Source: Lachnospiraceae bacterium
GTDB taxonomy: Bacteria; Bacillota; Clostridia; Lachnospirales; Lachnospiraceae
Direction of reading: 5' to 3'
Length of the DNA stretch: 64,000 nt
NCBI GenBank assembly: GCA_022510545.1
Contig: JAFLTG010000002.1
Coordinates: forward strand, 6,623-70,622
Shown: positions 9,438-19,711 of the stretch, one piece after another
How positions within the stretch are numbered: the first letter of the stretch is position 1
Layout of the letters: every line of letters begins with the position of its first letter
Translations under genes and position numbers: made by a program
Notes under the pieces: generated by a model
The model's input: the letters and a program-made list of their open reading frames with translations, nothing else
Database searches by the model: none
Told to the model about the DNA's origin: nothing

Positions 9438-10925
9438 TTATCTCATAAATGGATTCTCCGTAGGATATGGAATGTTTTTCGGTTGATTATATCCAATCTC
9501 ACTCACATCCACACCTATGTATTTGAATACCTCAAACAGCTCTTTGCCATAGTGACCGAATGCAACCGCACCGTGGTGAGGATAATTCTTCTCTATAAGC
9601 ACATGGCGATAGAATCTACCCATTTCAGGAATCGCAAATACACCTATTCCTCCAAAAGATCTGGTCGCTACCGGAAGTACCTCTCCTTCTGCCACATATG
9701 CACGCAGAATATTATCTGCAGTACTCTGTATACGGTAGAATGTAATATTTCCGGGAATGATATCTCCTTCCAGAGTTCCCTGAGTTACTTCTTCCGGCAG
9801 GTTTCTTGCCATAATCATCTGATATTCCATGCTGTGTTTGGAAAGCTTCTTAGAACACGTATTGCCGCAATGGAAGCCCATAAACGTATCGGAATGTTTG
9901 TAATTAAATTTATTTTCTATCGATTCTTTGTACATATCCTTCGGTACGGAATTATTAATATCAAGCAGGGTAACAACATCATCACTGACTGCTTCACCGA
10001 TAAATTCACTCAGACAGCCGTAAATATCAACCTCACAGGATACCGGTATGCCTCTTCCGGCCAATCTGCTGTTTACATAACATGGCACAAAACCAAACTG
10101 TGTCTGGAAGGCCGGCCAACATTTTCCGGCAATTGCCACATACTCCCTATACCCCTTATGCTCCTCAATCCAATCAAGCAGGGTAATCTCGTACTGTGCC
10201 AGTTTAGGAAGGATCTCAGGTTTGTTATTTCCATCCCCCAGCTCTTCTTCCATATCTTTTACAACTCCCGGAATCCTGGAGTCTCCCGCATGTTTATTGA
10301 AGGCTTCAAACAAATCCAGCTCTGAATTTTCTTCAATCTCTATTCCCAGATTATAAAGCTGCTTGATGGGTGCATTGCAAGCCAGGAAATTAAGCGGACG
10401 AGGACCGAAAGATATAATCTTAAGTGAAGAAATTGCTAGAATTGCACGTGCAATCGGAACAAATTCATTAATCATCTTCGCGCAGTCATCTGCATCTCCC
10501 ACCGGATATTCGGGAATATATGCTTTTACATTACGGAGTTTCAAGTTATAGCTTGCATTGAGCATACCGCAGTATGCATCTCCACGCCCCTGAATAAGAT
10601 CATTCTGTGATTCTTCTGCCGCTGCTACAAACATTTTAGGTCCGTCAAAGTGTTTTGCAAGAAGTGTCTCTGAAATCTCAGGCCCAAAGTTTCCAAGATA
10701 TACACAGAGGGCATTACAGCCGTTATCTTTAATGTCTTTTAAGGCATTGACCATATCGATTTCACTCTCAATAATACAAATCGGACATTCATAGATATCT
10801 GCGGCATCATATGCCTTACCGTATGCTTCCACCAAAGCTTTTCTCCTGTTCACCGCCAAGGATGCCGGGAAGCAGTCGCGGCTTACCGCTACAATACCGA
10901 TTTTAACTTTTGGCAAATTGTTCAT
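9438..10925 (-). CDS. L-fucose/L-arabinose isomerase superfamily protein, probable clostridial XylA-II xylose isomerase
   Basis: VAVSRDCF, GNFGPE, RGDAYCG, CEVD, FHCGN and PHHGA motifs; directly downstream of xylB. Confidence 0.75.
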   Translation of the reverse strand: MNNLPKVKIGIVAVSRDCFPASLAVNRRKALVEAYGKAYDAADIYECPICIIESEIDMVNALKDIKDNGCNALCVYLGNFGPEISETLLAKHFDGPKMFVAAAEESQNDLIQGRGDAYCGMLNASYNLKLRNVKAYIPEYPVGDADDCAKMINEFVPIARAILAISSLKIISFGPRPLNFLACNAPIKQLYNLGIEIEENSELDLFEAFNKHAGDSRIPGVVKDMEEELGDGNNKPEILPKLAQYEITLLDWIEEHKGYREYVAIAGKCWPAFQTQFGFVPCYVNSRLAGRGIPVSCEVDIYGCLSEFIGEAVSDDVVTLLDINNSVPKDMYKESIENKFNYKHSDTFMGFHCGNTCSKKLSKHSMEYQMIMARNLPEEVTQGTLEGDIIPGNITFYRIQSTADNILRAYVAEGEVLPVATRSFGGIGVFAIPEMGRFYRHVLIEKNYPHHGAVAFGHYGKELFEVFKYIGVDVSEIGYNQPKNIPYPTENPFMR

Positions 10926-10988
10926 GTTGTTGTATCCTCCTTTTATCCGGATATACCGGCAATATTATTTAATTTATGGTATTAACCC

Positions 10989-12458
10989 TTATAATATCTT
11001 GTCAAAAAGTTCTCTGCACGCAGGATAGATTTCCTTAAACTTCAGATAACGCTCCTCGTATTTTGACACCAGCCGGGGATCAGGTTCCACGGTATCAATT
11101 ACTTTTACTACCTTATCCGCAGCAGCTTTAACATCCGCAAATTCGCCGCAGGCAACCGCCGCAAGTAAAGCTGCGCCCATTGCAGGACCTTCCTCGCTTT
11201 CAATCACATCAACTTTCACATTAAGTACATTGGCAATTATCTTTTTCCAGAGCGGACTCTTAGCACCACCACCGCAGATTTTGGTTCTTTCGATATTTAT
11301 TCCAAGCGATTTCGCAACTTCAAAGGAATCTCTCAGTGCAAAGGCCACACCCTCCAGAACAGCCTGAGTCATGTCGGCTCTTGTGGTATCCATAGTCATT
11401 CCAATAAAAGTACCACGGGCATTGGGGTTATTGTGGGGAGAACGCTCACCCATAAGATAAGGCAGAAAATATACATGATTCTCTCCCAGACATTCAATCT
11501 CCTGTTGTTGACCAATGTAGTCAACAGTTCCGATTATATCATCCATCCACCACTTATTACAGGATGCAGCACTCAGCATACAGCCCATCAGATGATAGTG
11601 TCCATCAGCGTGCGCAAAGGAGTGCAGTGCATTGTATCTATCCACACCGAATTTATCAGAAGATATAAATACGGTTCCGCTTGTGCCAAGAGATATATTA
11701 CATCTGCCGTCTCCGACGGTTCCGGTTCCCACAGCTGCTGCCGCATTGTCTCCGGCACCTGCCGCCACTTTAACGGTTTCAGGTATTCCCAGTTCTTTGG
11801 CTATTTTAGGAAGCACACAGCCAACAGTCTCATAGCTTTCATATACTTTGGCCAGCTGCCCCTCGCTTATACCGCATATTTCACACATTTCTTTAGACCA
11901 GCAGCGGTTTTTTACATCAAAAATAAGCATCCCGGAAGCATCTGACACATCAGTGCAGTGAACTCCAGTCAGCTTATAAGCAATATAATCCTTGGGAAGC
12001 ATTATCTTACTGATTCTTGCAAAATTCTCCGGTTCTTTATTTTTTACCCAGAGAATCTTAGGCGCGGTAAAGCCGGTAAAGGCAATATTCGCGGTATATT
12101 CGGAAAGTTTTTCTTTTCCTATGATATTATTAAGAAATTCACATTCTTCGTAAGTTCTTCCGTCATTCCATAATATGGCCGGCCTGATAACCTCATCCTT
12201 ATCATCCAAGATAACAAGCCCATGCATCTGCCCGCCAAAACTGATTCCGGCCACACTGCTTTTATCAAACCCCTCCAGCAATTCCTTAATTCCCGCTATG
12301 GTTTGCTCATACCAGTCCATAGGCTCCTGCTGCGACCATCCGGGATGTGGAAAATATAATGGATATTCTCTGGAAACAATATTCAAAATCTTTCCATCAC
12401 CGTCCATTAAAAGCAGTTTAACAGCCGACGTCCCTAAATCTATGCCTATATATAACAT
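10989..12458 (-). CDS. xylB: Xylulokinase
   Basis: GIDLGTS, GQMHG, ILWND, DVSDASG, SLGTSG and PYLMGERSP FGGY-family motifs. Confidence 0.9.
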   Translation of the reverse strand: MLYIGIDLGTSAVKLLLMDGDGKILNIVSREYPLYFPHPGWSQQEPMDWYEQTIAGIKELLEGFDKSSVAGISFGGQMHGLVILDDKDEVIRPAILWNDGRTYEECEFLNNIIGKEKLSEYTANIAFTGFTAPKILWVKNKEPENFARISKIMLPKDYIAYKLTGVHCTDVSDASGMLIFDVKNRCWSKEMCEICGISEGQLAKVYESYETVGCVLPKIAKELGIPETVKVAAGAGDNAAAAVGTGTVGDGRCNISLGTSGTVFISSDKFGVDRYNALHSFAHADGHYHLMGCMLSAASCNKWWMDDIIGTVDYIGQQQEIECLGENHVYFLPYLMGERSPHNNPNARGTFIGMTMDTTRADMTQAVLEGVAFALRDSFEVAKSLGINIERTKICGGGAKSPLWKKIIANVLNVKVDVIESEEGPAMGAALLAAVACGEFADVKAAADKVVKVIDTVEPDPRLVSKYEERYLKFKEIYPACRELFDKIL

Positions 12459-12530
12459 ATGAATCTCCTTACGACTCATCCATTACTCATTCTATTTCAA
12501 TAACCTGAACTTCATCAGTTCGCCCGTATT

Positions 12531-14210
12531 TCATTTATTTAATAAGAACTTCTCTTTAAACTCCTGCGCGGTAGCTGGTTTCCCAAACAAATACCCCTGT
12601 ATCATATCCGGCTTGGCATTTTTCATCTTCTCAAGCTCATAGTCGTACTCAATTCCCTCCATAACTACGGTAGAACCCACGCTGTGTATCATATCAATGA
12701 TATGACAGATAATGGTATAATCATAATCATTATTCATAGCCTGAAGTACGAAACTTCTGTCCAGCTTGATTGTCTTGGCCTCAATCTCCTTCAAATAGCG
12801 CATATTGGAGTAACCTGTTCCGAAATCATCAATAGCCAGACTGATATCGCTGTCTTTTAAGTTCTTGAACAACTCCCTTATCCTGTTGTCGGTTTCAATA
12901 TATCCACTCTCAGTCAGCTCTAAAACAAGGCTGTCGGGAGATATTCCCACCTCTTTAATACATTCATTCACATCGCTCATCAAATCGCTCTTATATACCT
13001 GTACATAAGAAAGATTTACATGCACATGAAAATTTGGCATTATCTTCTGCCATTCTTTACACGTTCTGGCAGCTTCCCACAATACAAAACTTCCTATAGG
13101 AATGATCAGTCCGCTTTCTTCCATTATCGGAATCATAACAGTCGGCGAAACATTCCCATATTTGTCAGAATTCCACCTAAGCAGGGCCTCGGCACCGATC
13201 AGTTCGTGGGTATTGGCATCTACAATAGGCTGGTAATATACCTCAAATCCTTTAAACTTATTGGATATATCTCTTCTTATACATTTACGGATATCCAGTT
13301 GTTTAAGATATCCATCGTAGTCATCCTGAATAAAAATCGCCATCTGGTTCTTACCGTTTCGCTTGGCCTCATTAAGCGCAAACTCTGAGAGCATCATAAT
13401 ATCGTTGCTGCTCTTTCCTGCAAAATCCTTATCCATAATACCTGCGGAAATTGTAAAAAAGCGGTTGTAGTCCTTATCTTTTACCAGCTGTGCAATTTTA
13501 GCCTTAATCTTACTATAAATTTCATTGGGATTGATATTATTGTCAGAGACCGTATCCATTATCATAAATTCATCGGCAACCAGACGATAAACCGATACTT
13601 TTTCTGTTGCAATCTCCGTGATACACTTGGCCAACTCCCATAATACCTCGTCTCCGGCCTCTGTTCCCTCTTTTTCATTAATCTCCTTAAAATTATCAAT
13701 TCCTATACGCATACAATAGCGTATTGACTCCGGTTCCTCTCTCAGAATTGTTTCCAAATCCAGTCTGAATCGGGGTTCCTTACGAAGTCCGGTCACATTA
13801 TCTGCCTTTTCCTGTTTACCGATTTCATTGACCTTGCCAACCATCAGATTATGGCCTTCAGCATCAGTTATTACGGTTCCCTTGCAGTTTATCCAGAATG
13901 GACGACCGTTCCTGTCCAGCCAGCGGTATTCCAGATCATGTATCTCCTGTTCTCCTGACACACATTTCTCGATATCTGCATTCAGCATATCCCAATCAGC
14001 GGGATGTACGACTTTCCTGATCTTATCCATACAATTCTCAATTCTGGTTGACTCAAACGCTACTCTTTTTGTAAGCTTCTCCGGAATTATATATACTTCA
14101 GATGTCAGATCAAGAATAAACAGATAAGCATCCGATGCTTTCTGTAACACATTCATAATCATCTTTATCTGCTCAATCGACATATTATCCAATTTGCCAT
14201 CATTTCCCAT
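12531..14210 (-). CDS. PAS-degenerate GGDEF-EAL c-di-GMP phosphodiesterase
   Basis: PAS (VHPADW), GGDEF site degenerated to VADEF, intact EALLRW and DDFGTGYS. Confidence 0.9.
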   Translation of the reverse strand: MGNDGKLDNMSIEQIKMIMNVLQKASDAYLFILDLTSEVYIIPEKLTKRVAFESTRIENCMDKIRKVVHPADWDMLNADIEKCVSGEQEIHDLEYRWLDRNGRPFWINCKGTVITDAEGHNLMVGKVNEIGKQEKADNVTGLRKEPRFRLDLETILREEPESIRYCMRIGIDNFKEINEKEGTEAGDEVLWELAKCITEIATEKVSVYRLVADEFMIMDTVSDNNINPNEIYSKIKAKIAQLVKDKDYNRFFTISAGIMDKDFAGKSSNDIMMLSEFALNEAKRNGKNQMAIFIQDDYDGYLKQLDIRKCIRRDISNKFKGFEVYYQPIVDANTHELIGAEALLRWNSDKYGNVSPTVMIPIMEESGLIIPIGSFVLWEAARTCKEWQKIMPNFHVHVNLSYVQVYKSDLMSDVNECIKEVGISPDSLVLELTESGYIETDNRIRELFKNLKDSDISLAIDDFGTGYSNMRYLKEIEAKTIKLDRSFVLQAMNNDYDYTIICHIIDMIHSVGSTVVMEGIEYDYELEKMKNAKPDMIQGYLFGKPATAQEFKEKFLLNK

Positions 14211-14280
14211 ATGTTCACCCCAAATTACATACTGTCAATTTGTATATGAAATTATATTCCATATACTGTCCCGTATAATA

Positions 14281-14309
14281 ATTTTACTGACAAATGCCAA
14301 AATTGTCAA
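14281..14309 (-). promoter_or_regulatory. SigA-type promoter
   Basis: TTGACA-17 bp-TAAAAT on the minus strand upstream of the EAL gene. Confidence 0.6.
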
Positions 14310-14456
14310 TTATTCTTTGGTTATATTTAACAAATAAAATAACCATATTTTTTAACCCTAATATGGTCAACTTTATTATATACAAAATATTGTAATTTTG
14401 ATATAATTGCATCAATAGTATGTATTTCATAATCATTTTAACAAAGAAGGTACATT

Positions 14457-15395
14457 ATGAGTAAGAAAAAGGTCGTCGTATCCCTTGGCCATGAAGCATT
14501 GGGATATACCATTTTGGAGCAATGGGATGCGGTAAAAAGGACTGCCAAGGCTCTTGCAGATCTGGTAGAAGCCGATTACCAACTGACAATTACACACAGC
14601 AACGGTCCTCAGGTCAGTATGATCCACAAAGCCATGACAGAGCTTCGCCGTATATATATCGATTATACCCCTGCCCCGATGTGCGTTTGTTCCGCCATGA
14701 GCCAGGGCTATGTAGGTTATGATATACAGAACGCACTGCGTACAGAATTGCTTGTCCGCGGTATTTCCAAGACCGTATCTACGATACTAACACAGGTTAC
14801 CGTAGATCCTTATGATGAGGCATTCTATGAGCCTACCAAGGTTATTGGAAGATATATGTCAAGCGAAGACGCAGAAACGGAAATAAAAAAGGGGAATTAC
14901 GTTAAAGAAGAACCCGGCAAAGGTTTCCGCCGCGTGGTGGCTGCACCTAAGCCCATTGATATAGTGGAAATAGACTCCATCCGCCTGCTTGCAGATGCCG
15001 GCCAGGTAGTCATTGCCTGCGGTGGCGGCGGTATTCCGGTTATTGAGCAGAATCATGTTTTAAAAGGAGCCTCCGCTGTTATTGAAAAAGACTCAATTGC
15101 AGGTAAACTGGCAAGCGACTTAAAGGTAGATGAGTTGATCATTTTTACCGGTGTTCCTTTCGTTTATCGCAATTTTGGCAAGGAAAACCAGACTCCTATC
15201 GAGCATATGAACATAGTGGAAGCTAAGAAGCTTATTACGAGCGGGGAATTTGAAGAAGGCACTATGCTCCCCAAGATTGAAGCTGCCATTTCCTATCTGG
15301 AAACCAATCCGACAGGAAGCGTGCTTATCACATCGCTGGATATGGCTTCCGATGCAGTTAAAGGGAAGAGCGGAACGGTTATAACCGCTTCATAA
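14457..15395 (+). CDS. arcC: Carbamate kinase-like protein with altered active-site motifs
   Basis: SQGYVGY, PTKVIG, RRVV..PKP, GGGGIPV and MLPKIEAA match carbamate kinase, but GGNA reads GHEA. Confidence 0.75.
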   Translation: MSKKKVVVSLGHEALGYTILEQWDAVKRTAKALADLVEADYQLTITHSNGPQVSMIHKAMTELRRIYIDYTPAPMCVCSAMSQGYVGYDIQNALRTELLVRGISKTVSTILTQVTVDPYDEAFYEPTKVIGRYMSSEDAETEIKKGNYVKEEPGKGFRRVVAAPKPIDIVEIDSIRLLADAGQVVIACGGGGIPVIEQNHVLKGASAVIEKDSIAGKLASDLKVDELIIFTGVPFVYRNFGKENQTPIEHMNIVEAKKLITSGEFEEGTMLPKIEAAISYLETNPTGSVLITSLDMASDAVKGKSGTVITAS

Positions 15396-15404
15396 GGAAT
15401 ATAT

Positions 15405-15430
15405 AAAAGCCGGACAATATTCCGGCTTTT
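15405..15430. terminator. Bidirectional intrinsic terminator
   Basis: AAAAGCCGGA-CAATAT-TCCGGCTTTT between convergent genes. Confidence 0.85.
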
Positions 15431-15876
15431 TATACGCTTCCAAGTACGATACACAGGGCACCTATCATTATGCAGAAATCGGAAATATTGAAAACAATCC
15501 GACTTATAAACTTATTTTTTACGGTGAAACTTACATAGTCAACTACATAGTGCCTCCTCATCCTGTCATAGGTATTGCTGTAGGCTCCGCCTAAGAGAAA
15601 TGCAAGCCCGGTTTTAAGCAGCCTGCTGCCTTTAAATGTAAAAGTCACAAGGAAAAGCACTGTCATTGCAAGTGTCAGTATAACCGATATAACGGCTACC
15701 AGTTTAGGGTTATTCTCTCCTGCATTCAGAAACGCTCCCTTATTGTGATATTTTTTTAACAATAGACGAATATTGGCTATTGTAATTTCTTCCCCTTCCA
15801 CAGCTTCATTTTCCACCCAATCTTTAATAACGAAATCCAGTGAAAAAACTAACGCTGACAGAATTGCATATATCAT
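15430..15876 (-). CDS. lspA: Lipoprotein signal peptidase II-like
   Basis: NKGAF, GGAYSNTYDR, VVDY and FNISD motifs. Confidence 0.85.
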   Translation of the reverse strand: MIYAILSALVFSLDFVIKDWVENEAVEGEEITIANIRLLLKKYHNKGAFLNAGENNPKLVAVISVILTLAMTVLFLVTFTFKGSRLLKTGLAFLLGGAYSNTYDRMRRHYVVDYVSFTVKNKFISRIVFNISDFCIMIGALCIVLGSV

Positions 15877-16106
15877 AATACCGTGTCCTTTTTATTGTTT
15901 TATATCATTTATATTTGCGTACTTTATACTATTATATTTTATTATATATTTTTTTTCTTATAAATCAATAATTTATTTCCCAAATCTTTATCTATTTAAT
16001 TTATACCATATTTTAGTTTTGGTATTTTCAAATACCATATTTTAGTTTATTATTAAACTATTACAAAACTGTATTTTATAAACTATTTGTGTAAAAGTAT
16101 AATATT

Positions 16107-17933
16107 ATGAAAAACAAAAGAAATCTAACAATCATCCTTGCGATGACTACAATACTTCTCCTGCTGCTTACAGGAATTAACCATATATTTTCCAAAAACA
16201 CCCCGGATTCTTCTACAGATACCGATCAGCTTCTTGATTCGGATATTGATAATATGCATATAGAAGAAACTGAGGAACCTGTCATCAGCGCAGCAGGCCA
16301 TCCTGTTACCCTATGGCGTCAGGATGAGCTTTATTATGCCTTTCTGCCTGCTGCCTGCAAAAACAATGCAAGTCTTATTTCCGAACTTCCCAAAGGTATT
16401 GATGCTTCTTCTGTAATTTGGATGTATTCCGAACAAATCCCGGCAGTTTTTATTGATACCGAATCCGGCACTTCCGAATCAATAAACAGCAGCAAAAATG
16501 TCAAAGAACCCGCCACGATTACCATACTGGAGCCGGATGGACAAATCAGTCTGTCAAAACCTTTAGAATATATCAAAGGCCGGGGTAATTCTACATATCT
16601 GGAATTTGACAAAAAGCCTTATAAGATCAAACTTAAGGATGCTGCGCCTCTGCTCGGCATGGAAGAGGGGAAAAACTGGATTTTCCTTGCAAACGCATGC
16701 GACCCGAGTCTGATTCGTAATGCACTTGCAAGAGACCTTGCGAACCATCTTGGCTTGGCACAGGCTGACCCCGGCGTTTTTATCGACCTGTATTTAAACG
16801 GTGAATACGTAGGGAATTACTATGTAACAGAGGAAGTGGAAGTAAAGAAAAACCGCCTTTCCATCACTGATTTGGAAAAAGCAACGGAAAAAGCCAATAA
16901 GACCGAAGATCTGAGCACTTACCAAGCTGTCTGGACGGACAAGACCAAGGCAAGAGACATTCCTGCCGACCCGGAAGATATTACAGGCGGTTATCTAATT
17001 GAGCGGGACCTTGAAAGCCGTTTTTTAAAAGAAGTTGAAGATAACGGCAGTTATTTTATTACAGAAGCAGGAGAATGCTTTATTTTAAAATCTCCTGACT
17101 ATGCTTCCGAAAGTCAGGTTGTTTATATCAATGATTTTATTCAGAGTGTAGAAAACGCAATTCTTTCATCAGACGGCATTGACTCTGTCACCGGAAACTC
17201 TTATGAAGAATTAATCGATGTGGACTCTTTTGTTCGGAAATATCTTCTTGAAGAAATTTCCGGCAACTATGACGGCGGTATTGCCAGCTCTTTTTTTTAT
17301 AAAGATTCAGACTTGATAGATGGCAAGCTCTATGCCGGACCGGTCTGGGACTATGACATAAGCTTTGGTAATACACCGGCTTTTATCGGTTACCTTTCTG
17401 ATAAGCCAGATAAGCTGACCAAGCTGTCTACCCATCATAACGCTTCCGCATGGTTCCCTATACTCTATGAGAAATCTGATTTTAACAAACAAATTAAGAA
17501 CTGTTATAAAGATGAGATCAGCCCCTACCTGACACAGCTTGCTAATCAGGTTCTGCCTGAGCTTGCAGGTATCACTGCTGCCTCTGCTGCTATGGACAGA
17601 ATACGCTGGCAGCAGCAATATTTAGAAAACGGCGGCGATATATCTTTTGAAGATTCAATTGCATTTTTATCCGAATATATTTCCGCCAGAAAGACTTTCT
17701 TAGACCGGGTTTGGATAGAAGAAAAACCCGTATACCTGATTACACTTTATATTGAAGGTGCTATTTACGAAACTTTTTCCGTCTTTGAAGGAGAAACTTT
17801 GCCGGAATTTCCAATCCCGGAGATTACTTATGCTGATTATGATTTTCAAGGTTGGACAACGGAAGACGGCTCTTTACCGGATTTCACCGCTCCAATCTAT
17901 GAAGATATGGCCTTCCACTCCCTCATAGAGTGA
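16107..17933 (+). CDS. CotH-family secreted kinase with C-terminal InlB B-repeat-like domain
   Basis: KGRGNST, KKPYKIK, NGEYVGNY and GPVWDYD motifs; N-terminal TM; C-terminal YDFQGW. Confidence 0.85.
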   Translation: MKNKRNLTIILAMTTILLLLLTGINHIFSKNTPDSSTDTDQLLDSDIDNMHIEETEEPVISAAGHPVTLWRQDELYYAFLPAACKNNASLISELPKGIDASSVIWMYSEQIPAVFIDTESGTSESINSSKNVKEPATITILEPDGQISLSKPLEYIKGRGNSTYLEFDKKPYKIKLKDAAPLLGMEEGKNWIFLANACDPSLIRNALARDLANHLGLAQADPGVFIDLYLNGEYVGNYYVTEEVEVKKNRLSITDLEKATEKANKTEDLSTYQAVWTDKTKARDIPADPEDITGGYLIERDLESRFLKEVEDNGSYFITEAGECFILKSPDYASESQVVYINDFIQSVENAILSSDGIDSVTGNSYEELIDVDSFVRKYLLEEISGNYDGGIASSFFYKDSDLIDGKLYAGPVWDYDISFGNTPAFIGYLSDKPDKLTKLSTHHNASAWFPILYEKSDFNKQIKNCYKDEISPYLTQLANQVLPELAGITAASAAMDRIRWQQQYLENGGDISFEDSIAFLSEYISARKTFLDRVWIEEKPVYLITLYIEGAIYETFSVFEGETLPEFPIPEITYADYDFQGWTTEDGSLPDFTAPIYEDMAFHSLIE

Positions 17934-19619
17934 TCAAATCCTCGCCAAAACCTCAAACGTATCATTGATATTCAGCTTTCCGTACCCCCATCTCGGGTCA
18001 GGGTATATAATATTGTTCTCTCTAACGGCCCCCCTGATAAAATATCCCTTAATCGTTCTGCCTTCCACCATCGGCGCATTACCCTCTACAATCGCCCATT
18101 CCATAAACTGAGCTATACAGCCTGCCGAAAGTGCCGCAGCCATGCTTGAACCGGTTCTTTCACCAAGGGCGGTTGATACCCGGACACCGGGAGCAGACAA
18201 ATCAGGTTTCACGGTACCGCTTCCGGTAAAACCTCTTCCCGATTCAAAAAACCAGCCTCCACTGTAACCGTCATATGCCGAAACAGAAATAACTCTTTCC
18301 ACATTGGCGGGTTCCGTCAGGGTAACTTCGGGATCAGGTTCAAGAAAGACCACTCCACCGTCTATAAATTCCGTAATCGGCAGCCATATGCTAAAATTAC
18401 CGTTGCCTCTTAAACGCTTCTGCTCTGACGGAGATACCAGGATACTCCATATGCCCGGCGTAGGATTCCTAAAGCGGAAGAATACAAGCTGTTCTCCCGA
18501 CCTTGGCTCTACCAACACAATACTTATATTGATCAATGTCCTGTCAAAAAGAAATGAAAAGCTTCTGTCAACCCCGTTGCGAAAATCAATAACAGGCGTT
18601 ATTTCTCCGCCCGGGGTGCGCACCGCCACATTATATTCATCCATCTTACAGCCCCACAGTTCCATATGAAAACCGGTTGTACCCTCCTGTACCTGAATTT
18701 CTACCTGATCGGGTACATTTCCACTGTAGTGGTGCTGCTTATCACCTTCATTTCCGCCGCAAACAACAATTGCGCGCCTTCTCTGAGTTGAAATTTTATT
18801 AATATAATCGCCAAGCGGGGAATCACCTCGATGATTACCGAGATTGGTGCCAATGCCTAACACTATAACTACCGGCTTTTGATATATGTTGGAGAGGTTA
18901 TCCAGATATTTAACTGCCTCCATAATGTCATTTTCCTGAAAAGCCACCGCATCATCATTAATAAGATAGTATTCCCTTAGATATTCCTTGGCGCCTTTAA
19001 CTTTTACCATTACAATATCCGCCTGTGGTGCCGCTCCCCTGAAAGTCAGTCCCTGATCTATGATACTCCCTGCAGCCGCAGATGCCATCGCGGTTCCATG
19101 ACCGTTCTCATCGGTAGATGGCACTACATCCAGTGGATTTTCTGCATTAAGCGCATTATTTATTTCATCTCTTGTGTATTCCGTTCCGTACAAAAAGCCC
19201 TCCGGAGGCTCTCCTGACTGTATGGTCTGATCCCATATTGACAGAATACGGCTGTTTCCTTCCGAGTCACGGAAAACGTCCAGTTGATATCGGATTCCCG
19301 TATCAATAAAACCAATTATAACATCTCTTCCATGCAAAGAAAGCGGTGGGTTCTGGATTCTGATATTGCCCATAGCTACAAGGTTCTCCGCCTGAAAAGT
19401 CTGCATCAGCCCATACAGATCGGGAATAGCCGCATAAGTATAAGCCCCAATGGATGTTTCAGGAATCCCTTGCCTGCTTACATAAACAATATTAAATTCA
19501 TCATCTATGGTAGAAGCGCAGTAATCAACATTATTCAACAACTCCACTTCATCCGGCTGGATATTGGTTATAATAATATCTGCATAATCATTGGATAAGA
19601 TTTTCTCTTTACAAGTCAT
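17934..19619 (-). CDS. S8 subtilisin-like protease, clostridial Csp (germination) type
   Basis: FIDTGI, DENGHGT and GSSMAAA triad motifs with jelly-roll insertion; WGYG C-terminus. Confidence 0.85.
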   Translation of the reverse strand: MTCKEKILSNDYADIIITNIQPDEVELLNNVDYCASTIDDEFNIVYVSRQGIPETSIGAYTYAAIPDLYGLMQTFQAENLVAMGNIRIQNPPLSLHGRDVIIGFIDTGIRYQLDVFRDSEGNSRILSIWDQTIQSGEPPEGFLYGTEYTRDEINNALNAENPLDVVPSTDENGHGTAMASAAAGSIIDQGLTFRGAAPQADIVMVKVKGAKEYLREYYLINDDAVAFQENDIMEAVKYLDNLSNIYQKPVVIVLGIGTNLGNHRGDSPLGDYINKISTQRRRAIVVCGGNEGDKQHHYSGNVPDQVEIQVQEGTTGFHMELWGCKMDEYNVAVRTPGGEITPVIDFRNGVDRSFSFLFDRTLINISIVLVEPRSGEQLVFFRFRNPTPGIWSILVSPSEQKRLRGNGNFSIWLPITEFIDGGVVFLEPDPEVTLTEPANVERVISVSAYDGYSGGWFFESGRGFTGSGTVKPDLSAPGVRVSTALGERTGSSMAAALSAGCIAQFMEWAIVEGNAPMVEGRTIKGYFIRGAVRENNIIYPDPRWGYGKLNINDTFEVLARI

Positions 19620-19659
19620 ATAATAACCATGCCTCATACATTTGATTATTATATAATAT

Positions 19660-19711
19660 GCGATGTTTGTGCGTAAGCACAAACTCGCGGGTGAAATTTT
19701 TAATTTCACCC
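19660..19711. repeat. Dispersed double-hairpin (REP-like) element, copy 1
   Basis: GCGAtGTTTGTGC-gtaa-GCACAAACTCGC followed by GGGTGAAATT-ttt-AATTTCACCC. Confidence 0.75.

Noticed and set aside
9483..10325. 280-aa antisense ORF
   Set aside because: Lies wholly opposite the well-conserved isomerase and has no recognisable motifs.
12531..14210. Active diguanylate cyclase
   Set aside because: GGDEF site reads VADEF; only the EAL domain looks intact, a common arrangement.
19620..19709. ORF-track N-terminal extensions (Csp to 19709; likewise glmS to 25326, GT2 to 26416, radical SAM to 60561)
   Set aside because: They overlap upstream genes or repeats; downstream starts have better RBS and family-typical N-termini.
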